From contig VXOI01000062.1 of assembly GCA_009840175.1 (NCBI GenBank), positions 4,727-68,726 on the forward strand: a DNA stretch of 64,000 nucleotides, written 5' to 3'. The notes under the pieces were generated by a model. That model did not search any database, had not been told where the DNA came from, and saw only the letters and a list, made by a program, of their open reading frames with translations. How positions within the stretch are numbered: position 1 is the stretch's first letter; each line of letters starts with the position of its first letter. Positions 10,038 through 20,490 of this stretch are shown piece by piece. The stretch comes from Chloroflexota bacterium. GTDB lineage: Bacteria > Chloroflexota > Dehalococcoidia > Lucifugimonadales > UBA3495. The translations under genes and the position numbers were made by a program.

Positions 10038-11456
10038 GTGACTGAAACGGGGCAAACCGCAGCCGCTCGGATGCCGCTGTTAAACAAGATGTTGTTCGCT
10101 TCAGATCATGTCGGTCTGCAAGCGATTCAGTACTTCCGGCAATCGTGGATTCTGTTCTTTCTGGTTCCTCCCATGGGCGAAGGGATAGCCAGAGTACCGG
10201 ACGTTTCGTTGCTGGGGTTCGATGTGGACGCGCGGGTGTTCGCTGGATTTCTGATTTTTGCCGGGCGTTTTATTGACGCCTTCACCGACCCGCTCATCGG
10301 CTGGTGGAGCGACCGCACCCGCAGCCGCTGGGGGAGGCGTATCCCCTTTATCCTGTTCAGCACTCCATTCTATGCTTTGTTCGCAGCTATGGTCTGGTTT
10401 CTTCCGACCGAGGACGCCAGCCTTTGGAATGCGATCTACTTTGTGATTGTTCTGGAACTGTTCTTCACAGCTGCCACGATGTCCAGCGGCGCATTGGAGG
10501 CCCTGGTGCCAGAGGTGGCCCGGGAGGCTTCCGACCGGATGAACCTGGTGGGCCTGATTTTCCTGTTCGCTATCTTTGGCGCCGTTCTTGGCCTAGCCAT
10601 CAGCGGCCCCCTGGTGGATGCCCTCGGCTTTCAGGGAGTTGGCGTCATACTGGCGGCGATGGGGATAGGTTTTCGTTACGTCTCACTGGCGGCGGTGTGG
10701 AAACACGCGCCCCGCGACACAACGCCTGCCATGGTCAGCTTCTGGCGGAGTATGCGCGAAACGATTCGAAATCCGCAGTTCGTGTACTTCCTGCCTACCT
10801 TTGTGATGTTCACCACCGGCGTCGGCGTCATGATGGGCTGGATACCCTTTTTCGCTTCTCAGGTGTTGCTGGCAGAGGAAGAGGGAACAGTTACCGGCCT
10901 CATCTTTGCACTGGCGATTCTTGGAGCGGTAGTCAGCGGCCTGGTTTTCTGGAGACTGATTAGCCGGGTCAAGATGAGCAAGCGCCGGGTATATGGTTCC
11001 TGCCTGGTTGCCAGCGGCGTCGTTTTCCCGTTGCTGGGGCTGGTGGGCCTGTTCTCCGAAAGCGGCCTGCTGGTACAGGGCCTGGCGATGGCCTTCGCCG
11101 CCGGGCTTCCGATGGCGGGAGTTTTCATGCTGCCCAAGGGTCTGACAGCCGACATCGCAGACTATGACGCTATGCTGAACGGGGAGCGGCGGGAGGCGAT
11201 GTTCTACGCGACGCAGAACTTCTTCGAGAAAATTACTTTCGCCCTGCCCCCGGCACTGTTGGCCTTGGTGCTGCTGCTGGGAGAGACCACCGAGGATCCC
11301 CTGGGCCTCCGGCTTGCGCCTGTGCTCGCAGGGGTCCTGGCGCTGCTTGGAATCGTGATGTGGCACCGATACCGGCTGCCGGATACCGTGAACCGCGAGA
11401 CGGTGACGGAGGCAGGTCTGTTGCCGCCGCGAACCGCGCCTGGCGCGGCGGACTAG
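10038..11456 (+). CDS. MFS transporter, glycoside-pentoside-hexuronide (GPH/MFS_2) type
   Basis: About 12 predicted hydrophobic segments, and the GPH signature ..DAFTDPLIGWWSDRTRSRWGRRIPF... The GTG start has a GGAGG 9 nt upstream. Confidence 0.75.
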   Translation: MTETGQTAAARMPLLNKMLFASDHVGLQAIQYFRQSWILFFLVPPMGEGIARVPDVSLLGFDVDARVFAGFLIFAGRFIDAFTDPLIGWWSDRTRSRWGRRIPFILFSTPFYALFAAMVWFLPTEDASLWNAIYFVIVLELFFTAATMSSGALEALVPEVAREASDRMNLVGLIFLFAIFGAVLGLAISGPLVDALGFQGVGVILAAMGIGFRYVSLAAVWKHAPRDTTPAMVSFWRSMRETIRNPQFVYFLPTFVMFTTGVGVMMGWIPFFASQVLLAEEEGTVTGLIFALAILGAVVSGLVFWRLISRVKMSKRRVYGSCLVASGVVFPLLGLVGLFSESGLLVQGLAMAFAAGLPMAGVFMLPKGLTADIADYDAMLNGERREAMFYATQNFFEKITFALPPALLALVLLLGETTEDPLGLRLAPVLAGVLALLGIVMWHRYRLPDTVNRETVTEAGLLPPRTAPGAAD

Positions 11457-11475
11457 GGCAGGAAAGTGGAGTACG

Positions 11476-11510
11476 CCCTCACCCTAACCCTCTCCCAGAG
11501 TGAGAGGGGA
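11476..11510. terminator. hairpin repeat ('PSP/GEG' family) acting as a probable bidirectional terminator between convergent genes
   Basis: ccctcaccctaaccctctcccagagtgagagggga has a CCCTCTC/GAGAGGG stem and is followed by cttttac. It sits between the MFS stop (11456) and the stop of the minus-strand gene (11514). Confidence 0.5.
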
Positions 11511-11513
11511 CTT

Positions 11514-13562
11514 TTACCCGGCCAGTTGGGCAGCCAGCGATTCGGCGTCGGTAACGGGGAGCTGGCAGGCGTAGTTCTCGCATACGTAGGCTGTGGGTTT
11601 GCCGTCTACCATGCCCCGCCCTTCCAGCAGCGGCAGGCCGGATGCTGCGGCTGAATCCTGGCCTGAAGCGCCAACGACCACCCGGTTTGCTATGTAGAGA
11701 CCATTCACCTCTCTCAGTAGAGAGGATGTAGCCGGGTCGTCCGGTGGCCCGATGACTGCCACTTCTTTGGGCGTGGAGAGATAGAAGTCCAGCGCCGCAA
11801 TCCAGCGACCCGTGCCAGCGGGGGCGCGGCCCATCAATTCCGCCAACGACCTCAGGGGGGCGACGGCTTTGGCGGCGTAGTCCTCGTTGCCGGTGACCAC
11901 CGACAACCGAAGCAGCATATCGGAGGCAACCGATCCGCCGCAGGGCTGGGCGTTGTCGAACACGTCGCGAGGTCGAACCACCAGCTCCTCGTGGATGCGT
12001 CCAGTGTCGTAGAAGCAGCCTTGCGGCTCGTCCCAGAACTGGGAAATCATTTCGTCGGCCAGCTCCAACGCCGAATCGAGCCAGCGGCGGTCGAAAGTGG
12101 CCTCATACAGCGACAGCAAGCCGTCGGCCACGAAGGAATGGTCTTCCAGGAAGCCGGGCAGTTTGGCCTGACCCTCCCGGTAGGAACGCAGCAGCTTCCC
12201 TTCGGGCCGCAGCTCTTCCAGCAGAAAGGCAGCGTTCCTGGCTGCCGCGTCGAGGTAGTCCTGACGCTCCAGGGCCGCCCCGGCTTCGGCAAGGGCTCTC
12301 AGCATCAGGCCGTTCCACGAGGCCAGCGCTTTGTCGTCCAGCAGCGGATGCTCGCGTTCTTCCCGCGCCAGCCGCAGCGCTTCCTTGCCGCGATTGATTA
12401 CATCCACCAGCCGCTCCAACGGGATGCCCTGTCGTTCCGCGAAGTCAGCGGCCTTGACCGATATATTCAGGATGTTCTTGCCCTCGAAGTTGCCGCGCTG
12501 GGACACCCCGAAGAAGGCGTTGAACAGGGCGGCTTCCTCGCTGCCCAGCACCGCCTCTATTTCCCCCGGCGACCAGACGAAGAATTTGCCTTCCTCGCCT
12601 TCGCTGTCGGCGTCGGTGGCGGAGAAGAAACCGCCGTGCTCACCGGTCATTTCCCGGAGCACGTAATCCAGCGTTTCCTCGGTGATTCGGCGGTATAGGG
12701 CGCGCCCCGTGGCCAGCCAGGAGTGGAGGTAAAGGCGGGCCAGCAGGGCGTTGTCGTAGAGCATCTTCTCGAAATGAGGCACCAGCCAGTAGGTGTCGGT
12801 GGAGTAGCGGTGGAAGCCGCCGGCAATCTGGTCGTAGATGCCGCCGCGAGCCATCTTTTCGAGGGTCATGTCCAGCATGGAGCGGGCGCGGTCGTTGTGG
12901 CCGTGAGCGTAGTAGCGCAGCAGTATCTCCAGCGTCATGGCCTGGGGGAACTTGGGCGCGGAGCCGACGCCGCCGTTCTGGTAATCGAAGTTGGTGGCAA
13001 GCTGATTGTAGGCGTTGTGCAGGATGCTCTCGTCCAGCGCGCCGGCGCCGCGGGGCATATTGGCGGTGCGACCCATCTGCTCGGTCAACTGCCCGGTGAC
13101 ACGCTGTATTTCCGAGTGGCTGTTGCGGTAGGCCTGGGCGACGGTCTCAAGCAGACGGGGGAAGCCGGGCATATTGTGGCGGTCTACGGGCGGGAAGTAG
13201 GTGCCGCCGTAGAAGGGCTTGCAGTCGGGCGTGAGGAACACGGTCATGGGCCAGCCGCCGCTGCCGGTGAGCATCTGGACCGCCTCCATGTAGACGGCGT
13301 CCAGGTCGGGCCGCTCTTCGCGGTCAACCTTGATGTTGACGAAGTGCCGGTTCATTATCTCGGCAATGGCGTCGTTCTCGAAGGACTCCCGCTCCATCAC
13401 GTGGCACCAGTGGCAGGCCGAATAGCCGATGCTGAGCAGGATGGGCTTGTCCTCATCTCGCGCCCGCGACAGCGCCTCCTCGCCCCACGGATACCATTCC
13501 ACGGGGTTGTTGGCGTGCTGGAGCAGGTAGGGGCTGGTCTCGTCAATCAGCCGGTTGGGCAT
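11514..13562 (-). CDS. thioredoxin-domain protein, YyaL/DUF255 (SSP411-like) family
   Basis: The N-terminus ..[38 protein letters not shown].. is the hallmark of this family. The C-terminal region looks like a six-hairpin glycosidase-like domain. Confidence 0.85.
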   Translation of the reverse strand: MPNRLIDETSPYLLQHANNPVEWYPWGEEALSRARDEDKPILLSIGYSACHWCHVMERESFENDAIAEIMNRHFVNIKVDREERPDLDAVYMEAVQMLTGSGGWPMTVFLTPDCKPFYGGTYFPPVDRHNMPGFPRLLETVAQAYRNSHSEIQRVTGQLTEQMGRTANMPRGAGALDESILHNAYNQLATNFDYQNGGVGSAPKFPQAMTLEILLRYYAHGHNDRARSMLDMTLEKMARGGIYDQIAGGFHRYSTDTYWLVPHFEKMLYDNALLARLYLHSWLATGRALYRRITEETLDYVLREMTGEHGGFFSATDADSEGEEGKFFVWSPGEIEAVLGSEEAALFNAFFGVSQRGNFEGKNILNISVKAADFAERQGIPLERLVDVINRGKEALRLAREEREHPLLDDKALASWNGLMLRALAEAGAALERQDYLDAAARNAAFLLEELRPEGKLLRSYREGQAKLPGFLEDHSFVADGLLSLYEATFDRRWLDSALELADEMISQFWDEPQGCFYDTGRIHEELVVRPRDVFDNAQPCGGSVASDMLLRLSVVTGNEDYAAKAVAPLRSLAELMGRAPAGTGRWIAALDFYLSTPKEVAVIGPPDDPATSSLLREVNGLYIANRVVVGASGQDSAAASGLPLLEGRGMVDGKPTAYVCENYACQLPVTDAESLAAQLAG

Positions 13563-13645
13563 AGCGTCTCATCCTTCCCGGCTATGGCCGGACCTTGGGG
13601 ATTCTTCCCGCCCGAAGAACACAGTATGGGAAGCCAATGGTTTCA

Positions 13646-15406
13646 TTACGCCCGGGACTTGGCATCGCCCTCAAGCATCTCGATGAAGTTGTCCAGCGGA
13701 ATCGCCCCCAGGTCTCCGGCATCGCGGCTGCGGACGGCCACAGCGTCGGCTTCGGCTTCGCGGTCGCCGACGACGAGCATATAAGGCACCTTCTGCAATT
13801 GTGCGGTGCGGATTTTCTGGTTCATGCGCTCGTTGCGGCTGTCCACCTCGGAACGGAAGCCTGCTTCAGACAGAGCGGACAGGACATTCTGAGCGTAGTC
13901 CGCGTGGCGGTCTGCGATGGGGATAACCACTGCCTGCACCGGGGCCAGCCAGACCGGGAACGCGCCGCCGTAATGCTCTATCAGGACGCCCAGGAACCGC
14001 TCCATGGAGCCGAGGATGGCGCGATGGACCATGTAGGGGCGGCTGCGGCCTCCCTGGTCGTCCTGGTATGTGAGGTCGAAGCGCTCCGGCAGGTTAAAGT
14101 CGAACTGGACGGTGGTGCACTGCCAGGCGCGGCCCAGGGCGTCGGTGATGTTGATGTCAATCTTGGGGCCGTAGAATGCGCCGCCGCCTTCGTCTACGGT
14201 GAAGGGCAGGCCACGAGCGTCCAGTGCGCCTTGCAGGGAGTTGGTGGCGTGTTCCCACATTTCAAGATCACCTACGTACTTCTCCGGCCGGGTGGACAGG
14301 GCGATGCTGTAGTCGGAAAAGCCGAAAGCCTCCATCAGCTCGAAAGTCAGTTCCAGCACGCCGCCGACCTCATCTTCCACCTGTTCTGGGCGGCAAAAAA
14401 TATGGGCGTCGTCCTGGGTGAAGCCGCGAACCCGCATCAGGCCATGCAACACACCGCTGCGCTCGTAGCGGTAGACCGTGCCCAGCTCGGCGAACCGCAG
14501 GGGCAGTTCCCGGTAGCTGCGCAGGGCTGAACGGTAGATGGTGATGTGGAAAGGGCAGTTCATCGGTTTCAGGTAGTATTCCTGTTCGTCCACCTCCACT
14601 GCCGAGAACATACCCTCACGGTAGAAATCCAGGTGACCGCTGGTCTGCCACAGGGTGGAGCGGCCGATGTGCGGCGAGTACACCACGTCATAGCCGCGCC
14701 GGTAGTGGATGTCCTTCCAGTAGTCCTCTATGAGTGAGCGGACGCGCCCTCCCTTGGGGTGCCAGACCACCAGACCGGGGCCGATTTCGTCGTGAATGGT
14801 GTAAAGGCCCAACTGCCGCCCCAGGGTGCGGTGGTCGCGGCGCTCCGCTTCCTCCAGACGAGCCAGGTGGCCGGCCAGCTCATCCTCGGACTCGAAGGCG
14901 GTGCCGTAGATGCGCTGGAGCATCGGGCGTTTCTCGTCGCCCCGCCAATAGGCCCCGGCAACGCTGAGCAGCTTCATCGCCGGAATCTCGGCAGTGTTGC
15001 CCACGTGCGGGCCCTGGCACAAATCAACGAAGCCGTTGTGTCGGTAGATTGAGATTACCGCCGATTCGCCCAGCCCTTCTATCAGCTCCAGCTTATAGGG
15101 CTGGTCTGAGAACAATTCCTCGGCCTGTTGTCGGCTGAGTTCCTCGCGCTCGAAGGGAAATCTGCCAGACATGGCTTCCCGCATCAGGGACTCGATCCGC
15201 TCCAGGTCTTCGGGGGTGAAGGGGCGGGAAACGTCGAAGTCGTAGTAGAAGCCGTCCTGGGTAGGGGGGCCGATGCCCATCTTGGCTTCGGGGAACAGCT
15301 TCAACACCGCGTCGGCCATGACGTGGGCCGCCGAGTGGCGCATGGCGTGGCGGTGGGCGTGGGCTTCGCTGATGTTGGCGTGGTCGAGGGCGCCGTGGTC
15401 CAGCAT
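13646..15406 (-). CDS. thrS: threonine--tRNA ligase (starts in the editing domain; no N-terminal TGS domain)
   Basis: ..HSAAHVMADAV.. is the editing-domain HxxxH motif. ..YLKPMNCPFH.. and ..GTVYRYERSG.. are class II motifs. The anticodon-binding C-terminus is present. Confidence 0.9.
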   Translation of the reverse strand: MLDHGALDHANISEAHAHRHAMRHSAAHVMADAVLKLFPEAKMGIGPPTQDGFYYDFDVSRPFTPEDLERIESLMREAMSGRFPFEREELSRQQAEELFSDQPYKLELIEGLGESAVISIYRHNGFVDLCQGPHVGNTAEIPAMKLLSVAGAYWRGDEKRPMLQRIYGTAFESEDELAGHLARLEEAERRDHRTLGRQLGLYTIHDEIGPGLVVWHPKGGRVRSLIEDYWKDIHYRRGYDVVYSPHIGRSTLWQTSGHLDFYREGMFSAVEVDEQEYYLKPMNCPFHITIYRSALRSYRELPLRFAELGTVYRYERSGVLHGLMRVRGFTQDDAHIFCRPEQVEDEVGGVLELTFELMEAFGFSDYSIALSTRPEKYVGDLEMWEHATNSLQGALDARGLPFTVDEGGGAFYGPKIDINITDALGRAWQCTTVQFDFNLPERFDLTYQDDQGGRSRPYMVHRAILGSMERFLGVLIEHYGGAFPVWLAPVQAVVIPIADRHADYAQNVLSALSEAGFRSEVDSRNERMNQKIRTAQLQKVPYMLVVGDREAEADAVAVRSRDAGDLGAIPLDNFIEMLEGDAKSRA

Positions 15407-15524
15407 GACTCATTCCTGCCAATGTGGAAGTGGGTGTCAAACCCATTATAGCCCAACCCGGAACGGCGGAACCGACCCACACTGGCGGGAAATGCAGGAA
15501 GCCACTTTTGGTGGATGACTGTTT

Positions 15525-16496
15525 CTAGTCGTACAGGTGGCAGGATACCTTGTGGTTATTTCCGAGGTCGGTCAGCAGAGGCTCTTCCACGGAGCACCTT
15601 TCCATAGCCATCGGGCATCGCGGATGGAACCGGCAACCAGATGGTGGGTTAATGGGAGATGGGACTTCCCCTTGCAGGACTATTTCTTCCCGTTCCACGT
15701 CGGGATGAGCGGGAAGGGCAGCCGAGAACAAGGCCTTGGTGTAGGGGTGCAATGGGTTGTCGTAAAGCTCTTCGGTTGGCGAATACTCTACGATTCGCCC
15801 CAGGTACATGACCGCTGTCTGGTGGGCCATGTAACGGACGGTGGCGAGATTGTGCGCCACCAAGAGGAAAGCCACCCCGGTTTCCTCCTGCAAATCCACC
15901 AGCAGGTTCATTACCTGGGCCCGGATGGAAACATCCAGGGCGGATACCGGTTCGTCGAGCACTACCAGCTTGGGATAGGACGCCAAGGCACTGGCAACCG
16001 CTATGCGCTGCCTCTGTCCGCCGCTGAACTCGTGAGGATACAGATTGGCCTGGTTTGGGCGCAGGCCAACCTGTGCCATTACTTCCGCGACCCTGTCGTC
16101 GGTTTCCTGGCGCGAGACCTCGCGGTTTGCCCTGAGGGCCTGGGATACGATTTCGCGGACTTTCATTCTTGGGCTCAGAGAAGACCAGGGGTCCTGGAAA
16201 ACCGCTTGGACCTGGGTGCGAAACTCCTTTACCTCCGGACCACTCAGGGACTGAATATCCTTGTCGCCGAGAAGGATTTTTCCGTCGGTCGGGCGTTCCA
16301 GCCTTAGAATCAGTTTTGAGGTGGTGGTTTTGCCGCAGCCGGACTCGCCCACCAAACCCAGGGTTTCCCCTTCGTTGATGGAAAAGTCAATCCCATCCAC
16401 AGCTTGGACCTGCCCGACCGTCTTCATCAGGATCAAGCCCTTGGTTACCGGGAAATGCTTGGTCAGATTTTCGGCCCGAAGCAACTCGTTAGGCAT
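15525..16496 (-). CDS. oligopeptide/dipeptide ABC transporter ATP-binding protein (DppF/OppF type)
   Basis: Walker A GESGCGKTT, the signature FSGGQRQR, Walker B LVVLDEP, and a C-terminal oligopeptide-type extension with CRFHPRCP. Confidence 0.85.
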   Translation of the reverse strand: MPNELLRAENLTKHFPVTKGLILMKTVGQVQAVDGIDFSINEGETLGLVGESGCGKTTTSKLILRLERPTDGKILLGDKDIQSLSGPEVKEFRTQVQAVFQDPWSSLSPRMKVREIVSQALRANREVSRQETDDRVAEVMAQVGLRPNQANLYPHEFSGGQRQRIAVASALASYPKLVVLDEPVSALDVSIRAQVMNLLVDLQEETGVAFLLVAHNLATVRYMAHQTAVMYLGRIVEYSPTEELYDNPLHPYTKALFSAALPAHPDVEREEIVLQGEVPSPINPPSGCRFHPRCPMAMERCSVEEPLLTDLGNNHKVSCHLYD

Positions 16497-16519
16497 CTGA
16501 ACTCCCGTGGCGTCTGCTG

Positions 16520-18295
16520 TTACTTCACTGCCTTGATGTACTCCAGAAGTCGCGGAGGCCGGAATCCTGACGTCTTGTATTCCGCAATGACGTCTGGGTT
16601 GATGACAAACTCGACGTTGAGGGCGACCAATGGAACAGTGGCGTACTGCTCATAGAGATGGTTCCCAGTGTCTCTCAGGATTTGGTCGCGTTCTGCCAAG
16701 TCAACCGACGCCAGGAATGTCTGGTAATTCTGGTTTACAACGTCGTCGGAGTAGAACTCGCAGCATCCGGCGCTGGCGTAGATAATCCGCAACTGCTCCC
16801 GGTCGGTTTCGCGGAAGGGCGTTGCGTCGGTCCAGGCTATGCCGGATATCTTACGAGCGAAGAATTGCTCCGCGGCGTACGCCAGCTCCCGCTCCTCAAT
16901 TTGTATCGGCACGCCGATGGCCTGCCAGTAATTGGCTACCGCTTCACCCACATCCTGCACCTCAGCCAGTTCCGGGCGCGGAGACAGCCAGTATCGGGCA
17001 TTGGTCCAGTCCAGCGGCGCCCCCCGGTCGGCTTCAACCTCGGCCAGCAGTTCCTGGGCGCGTACCGGATCGTAGCCGTAGTCATCCTCAAAAGTCTCCA
17101 ACCATTCTGGGTTCCAACCGTTCAGGAATGGGAGGTAGAAAGTCACTGGCATGACCTGGCCACGTCCGCCGAGTACAGTATTCTTCAACTCTTCGCGGTT
17201 GACAGCGCGGTTCAGGGCCTCCCTCACCTTCCGGCCATTCTCTCCGGGGATCGCCCATGGGAAGTCCGGGTTGAAAAGAGAGGGGTCTTCCTGTAATTCC
17301 TCGTGTGCCAACTCTCCCAAGGAGTAATTCCCTCCGAAGATGGCGTACACGGTTGTGGATGGAATCGTGCTCTCGATGATCTTCAAACCGCCGTCTATCG
17401 CTGGTCCTTGAAGGTCGAAGGGCAGCCGTCCGAGATCAGCCTCTCCGGCCAGCAGGTTCGCCAGTTGCGTCGAGGGCTCAAGCACGATGAAAATCTGGAT
17501 CTCCTCGAAGTCCGGCTTGATTCGCCAGTGGTCGTAATCCACCCTTTCGTGCAGCACGTGCGATCCCAACACTCTCTCCACGAACTGGTAGGGGCCGGTG
17601 CCTATCATCTTGCGGTTTACACCCTCCTGCCCCTCGGCGTCGAAGTAGTCCTTGCTCACGATGTCCGAGACCTGTAGCCCGCTGAATTGGGCCAGCGCAT
17701 CAAGGAAGGGATCGGGCAGGTCCATGACGACGTTGTAGTCGTCGATTATCTCAACATGGTCCACCATGTTGTGCATATTGTAGAGCGTTGCGTTTACCGA
17801 GTCTTCCCTGGTGTACCGCTGCATGGTGTGGAAGAGGTCCTTGGCGCTGAACTCCCCCCATCCGTCGTGGAAAGGCACACCCTCGCGTAACTGGAAAGTC
17901 CAGGTCTTGCCGTCAGGAGTTACGCTCCAGTCGGTGGCCAGCATATTGCGCATCTTGAAGTTTTCGTCGTCGTCGAACAGGGTCTCGAAGACAGTGCCGT
18001 GGTACTGCGGCGTCTGATGCACGAGGCCCAGCACCGGGTCGTTATTTTCGCGGTCTACCGCCGCCAGGACCCGCAGGCGCTTCTGCACCGCCCCGACTGC
18101 CGCTGGAACGGGTGTGGCTGCCGGAGCTGCAGTAGGAACTGAGGTCGCCGCCGCTGCCGGCGCAGCGGTAGGAGTCGCTGCCGGCGGTTCGGTAGGCTCC
18201 TGCTCGGATGTGCCGTCTCCACCGCACGATACTGCGGCTATTGATGCGAAGATCAGGACAACCAGGAGCCAGATGATATTCGCTGGTCTTTTCAC
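16520..18295 (-). CDS. ABC transporter substrate-binding protein, family 5 (peptide/nickel type), probably a lipoprotein
   Basis: Signal peptide with ..AAVSCGG.., a Thr/Ala/Pro linker and a 591-aa SBP_bac_5-like body. The GTG start has an AAGGAGG upstream. Confidence 0.85.
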   Translation of the reverse strand: MKRPANIIWLLVVLIFASIAAVSCGGDGTSEQEPTEPPAATPTAAPAAAATSVPTAAPAATPVPAAVGAVQKRLRVLAAVDRENNDPVLGLVHQTPQYHGTVFETLFDDDENFKMRNMLATDWSVTPDGKTWTFQLREGVPFHDGWGEFSAKDLFHTMQRYTREDSVNATLYNMHNMVDHVEIIDDYNVVMDLPDPFLDALAQFSGLQVSDIVSKDYFDAEGQEGVNRKMIGTGPYQFVERVLGSHVLHERVDYDHWRIKPDFEEIQIFIVLEPSTQLANLLAGEADLGRLPFDLQGPAIDGGLKIIESTIPSTTVYAIFGGNYSLGELAHEELQEDPSLFNPDFPWAIPGENGRKVREALNRAVNREELKNTVLGGRGQVMPVTFYLPFLNGWNPEWLETFEDDYGYDPVRAQELLAEVEADRGAPLDWTNARYWLSPRPELAEVQDVGEAVANYWQAIGVPIQIEERELAYAAEQFFARKISGIAWTDATPFRETDREQLRIIYASAGCCEFYSDDVVNQNYQTFLASVDLAERDQILRDTGNHLYEQYATVPLVALNVEFVINPDVIAEYKTSGFRPPRLLEYIKAVK

Positions 18296-18319
18296 GGCAA
18301 GCCTCCTTGAGCGGTCTTT

Positions 18320-19387
18320 TTAGATCTGCCTCAACCTTGGATCAAGCCGGTCTCGCAGCCAGTCCCCCACCAGGTTGACTGACAGCACCGTCAGCACTAT
18401 TGCCAAGCCAGGAAAGAGGGAAACCCACCAGGCGGCCTGGATTATGAGGTCCCTGCCATCCGCCACAATGGAACCCCACGACGGCGTGGGTCTGGGAATG
18501 CCCACCCCTATGAAGCTGAGCGCGGACTCAATGATGATGACGTAGCCAACCTGTAAGGTGGCGAGCACGATGAGGCTGTTGAATACATTGGGGAACACGT
18601 GACGCGCCATGACGTACAGATGAGAGCTACCCGCCACGCGCGCCAGATTGATGAAGTCCTGAGACATAATGCTCAGTGTTTCCCCTCTGACCAGCCGGGC
18701 GTAGCGGGACCACAACACTCCGGTAATGACGATTACCAGGACTTTCAACCCGGGGCCGACCACCACCACCAGAACGAGAGCAATCAGAATAACCGGCAGG
18801 GCCATTGCCACGTCTATGATCCTGGAGATGAGGTAGTCAACCCAGCCCCCGAAATAGGAAGCCATAATTCCCAGTACGGTGCCAATCACCCCGGATATGG
18901 CGATGACCACCACTGATACCAGGAGCGAAATCTGCGCTCCCTTGATGATTCGGCTCAACAGGTCCCGTCCCAGCTTGTCGGTGCCCAGGGGGCGATTCCA
19001 GGCTCCTCCCGGTCTTTCGATAATCTCGACGGTATCGCCCACGGCGAGGTCGCCGCTCAAGCTGGGCGTTTGGCCTACCGCAGTCCCTACTTTGAGATTC
19101 CTGGCATCTTCAAGAGTTAACTCAACTCGACGGTCTTGCCGCTGGTCAACGACAGTCTTCGTGACCACTTTCGGGCCGACCCACGCAGGTGGCTCCAAGC
19201 GGTGAGACAGGTCGGAGGCTATCGGATCGTGAGGCACAATCAAGTCAGCAAAAATCGCGGGAATGATCAGCACCAGGAACATTATGATCAGCGGCAGAAT
19301 CGGATACCGCCGGGCTTCGCGGACGGCGTTGAGAATTGCGCCGGGTGAGTACCAACTTCGGCGCGCCGGAATTACTGACTCGGCCAC
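18320..19387 (-). CDS. peptide ABC transporter permease (DppC/OppC type)
   Basis: It has an OppC_N-like N-terminal region, a multi-TM BPD-transporter core and an EAA-like loop. Confidence 0.85.
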   Translation of the reverse strand: MAESVIPARRSWYSPGAILNAVREARRYPILPLIIMFLVLIIPAIFADLIVPHDPIASDLSHRLEPPAWVGPKVVTKTVVDQRQDRRVELTLEDARNLKVGTAVGQTPSLSGDLAVGDTVEIIERPGGAWNRPLGTDKLGRDLLSRIIKGAQISLLVSVVVIAISGVIGTVLGIMASYFGGWVDYLISRIIDVAMALPVILIALVLVVVVGPGLKVLVIVITGVLWSRYARLVRGETLSIMSQDFINLARVAGSSHLYVMARHVFPNVFNSLIVLATLQVGYVIIIESALSFIGVGIPRPTPSWGSIVADGRDLIIQAAWWVSLFPGLAIVLTVLSVNLVGDWLRDRLDPRLRQI

Positions 19388-19423
19388 TGGTGTCCCTCCC
19401 CCGCCGAACGGTGGACTGTAAGG

Positions 19424-20344
19424 CTAACCGTACCGGATTCGCGGGTCTAGATAGGCATAAAGGATGTCCACGATGAGGTTAAGGCCGACGAATCCGACGG
19501 CGAAAACCATCGCCACCGCCTGCACGACCTGCAGATCTCTCGCCAGCACCGCCTGGATGGCCAGCAGCCCGATGCCTGGCCAGGCAAATACCGTCTCAAC
19601 TATCACCGAACCGGTGATCAGAGCGCCGGCGATGACTCCGAAGTAGGTCAGAGGAGCGATGGCCGCGTTACGCAGGCAGTGTTTCCAGATGATCTTCCGC
19701 TCTGATACGCCCTTTATGCGGGCCAGCTTCACATATTCGCTGTCCATGGTATCCAGCATGGAAGAGCGCACCAGCCTCATTATTGCGGCGACCTCGAACC
19801 ACCCGATGGTTATGACCGGCAAAATCATGTGCGAAATGCCGCCTCGTCCCGAGGTGGGCAGCAAGCCGAGCTCCACGCCGAATATCCAGATGAGCATGAT
19901 GCCTATCCAGAAATTGGGCGCGGATTGACCCATGAGGGCGAAGATTTTGCCCACAAAGTCAAGGGGCGTATCTTTGGCCGCAGCGGTAATTACCCCAAGA
20001 ACCACGGCCATGATTGCGGCCAGTATCAAGGCCGTAAGGATGAGCTGCAAAGAGGCTACGAGGCGGGTGCTCACCAGCCCAATGGCGGTGTGTCCAGGCC
20101 ATTTGAAGGAGTCGCCGAAGTCACCCTGGACCGCGTTGCTGATGAATCGCCAATACTGGATGTGATAGGGCTGGTCCAGGCCCCAGTGTTCCGCCAGTAT
20201 CTCGAACGCCTCGGGTTCAGCATCCAACGGCAACATCAGAATAAGGGGGTTGCCGGAGGCCCGGGCCAGCGCAAAGACGATTATCGAAACGGCGAATAGA
20301 ACGAATATGGCCTGTAACACCCGGATTAGGATGTATCGCTGCAT
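19424..20344 (-). CDS. peptide ABC transporter permease (DppB/OppB type)
   Basis: MQRYILIRVLQAIFVLFAVSIIVF.. is a typical DppB N-terminus. 306 aa with 6 TM segments. Confidence 0.85.
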   Translation of the reverse strand: MQRYILIRVLQAIFVLFAVSIIVFALARASGNPLILMLPLDAEPEAFEILAEHWGLDQPYHIQYWRFISNAVQGDFGDSFKWPGHTAIGLVSTRLVASLQLILTALILAAIMAVVLGVITAAAKDTPLDFVGKIFALMGQSAPNFWIGIMLIWIFGVELGLLPTSGRGGISHMILPVITIGWFEVAAIMRLVRSSMLDTMDSEYVKLARIKGVSERKIIWKHCLRNAAIAPLTYFGVIAGALITGSVIVETVFAWPGIGLLAIQAVLARDLQVVQAVAMVFAVGFVGLNLIVDILYAYLDPRIRYG

Positions 20345-20442
20345 CTTGAACCTTGAGAAGAAAAGTGGGATTCCGTGAGAAATACAGTTCAGTTGAGACC
20401 GCTTTACAAGTATTATTACGAAATTCGACTAAGTAAGTGCGA

Positions 20443-20464
20443 TTTTAGAAATAATTTCTGAAAA
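20443..20464. promoter_or_regulatory. candidate operator, a 22-bp near-perfect palindrome in the 5' leader of the peptide ABC operon
   Basis: ttttagaaat-a-atttctgaaaa is a 6+6 perfect core with 9/10 matches when extended. It lies about 20-40 nt downstream of the predicted minus-strand transcription start. Confidence 0.4.
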
Positions 20465-20490
20465 ATTCGGCCAGTTAAAACGATTTCGCA

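Noticed and set aside
13646-15406. ThrRS lacking the N-terminal TGS domain, considered as a truncation or pseudogene.
   Set aside because: The ORF starts cleanly with an SD and keeps intact editing, catalytic and anticodon-binding domains. Short ThrRS forms without TGS are, as far as I know, normal in several lineages.
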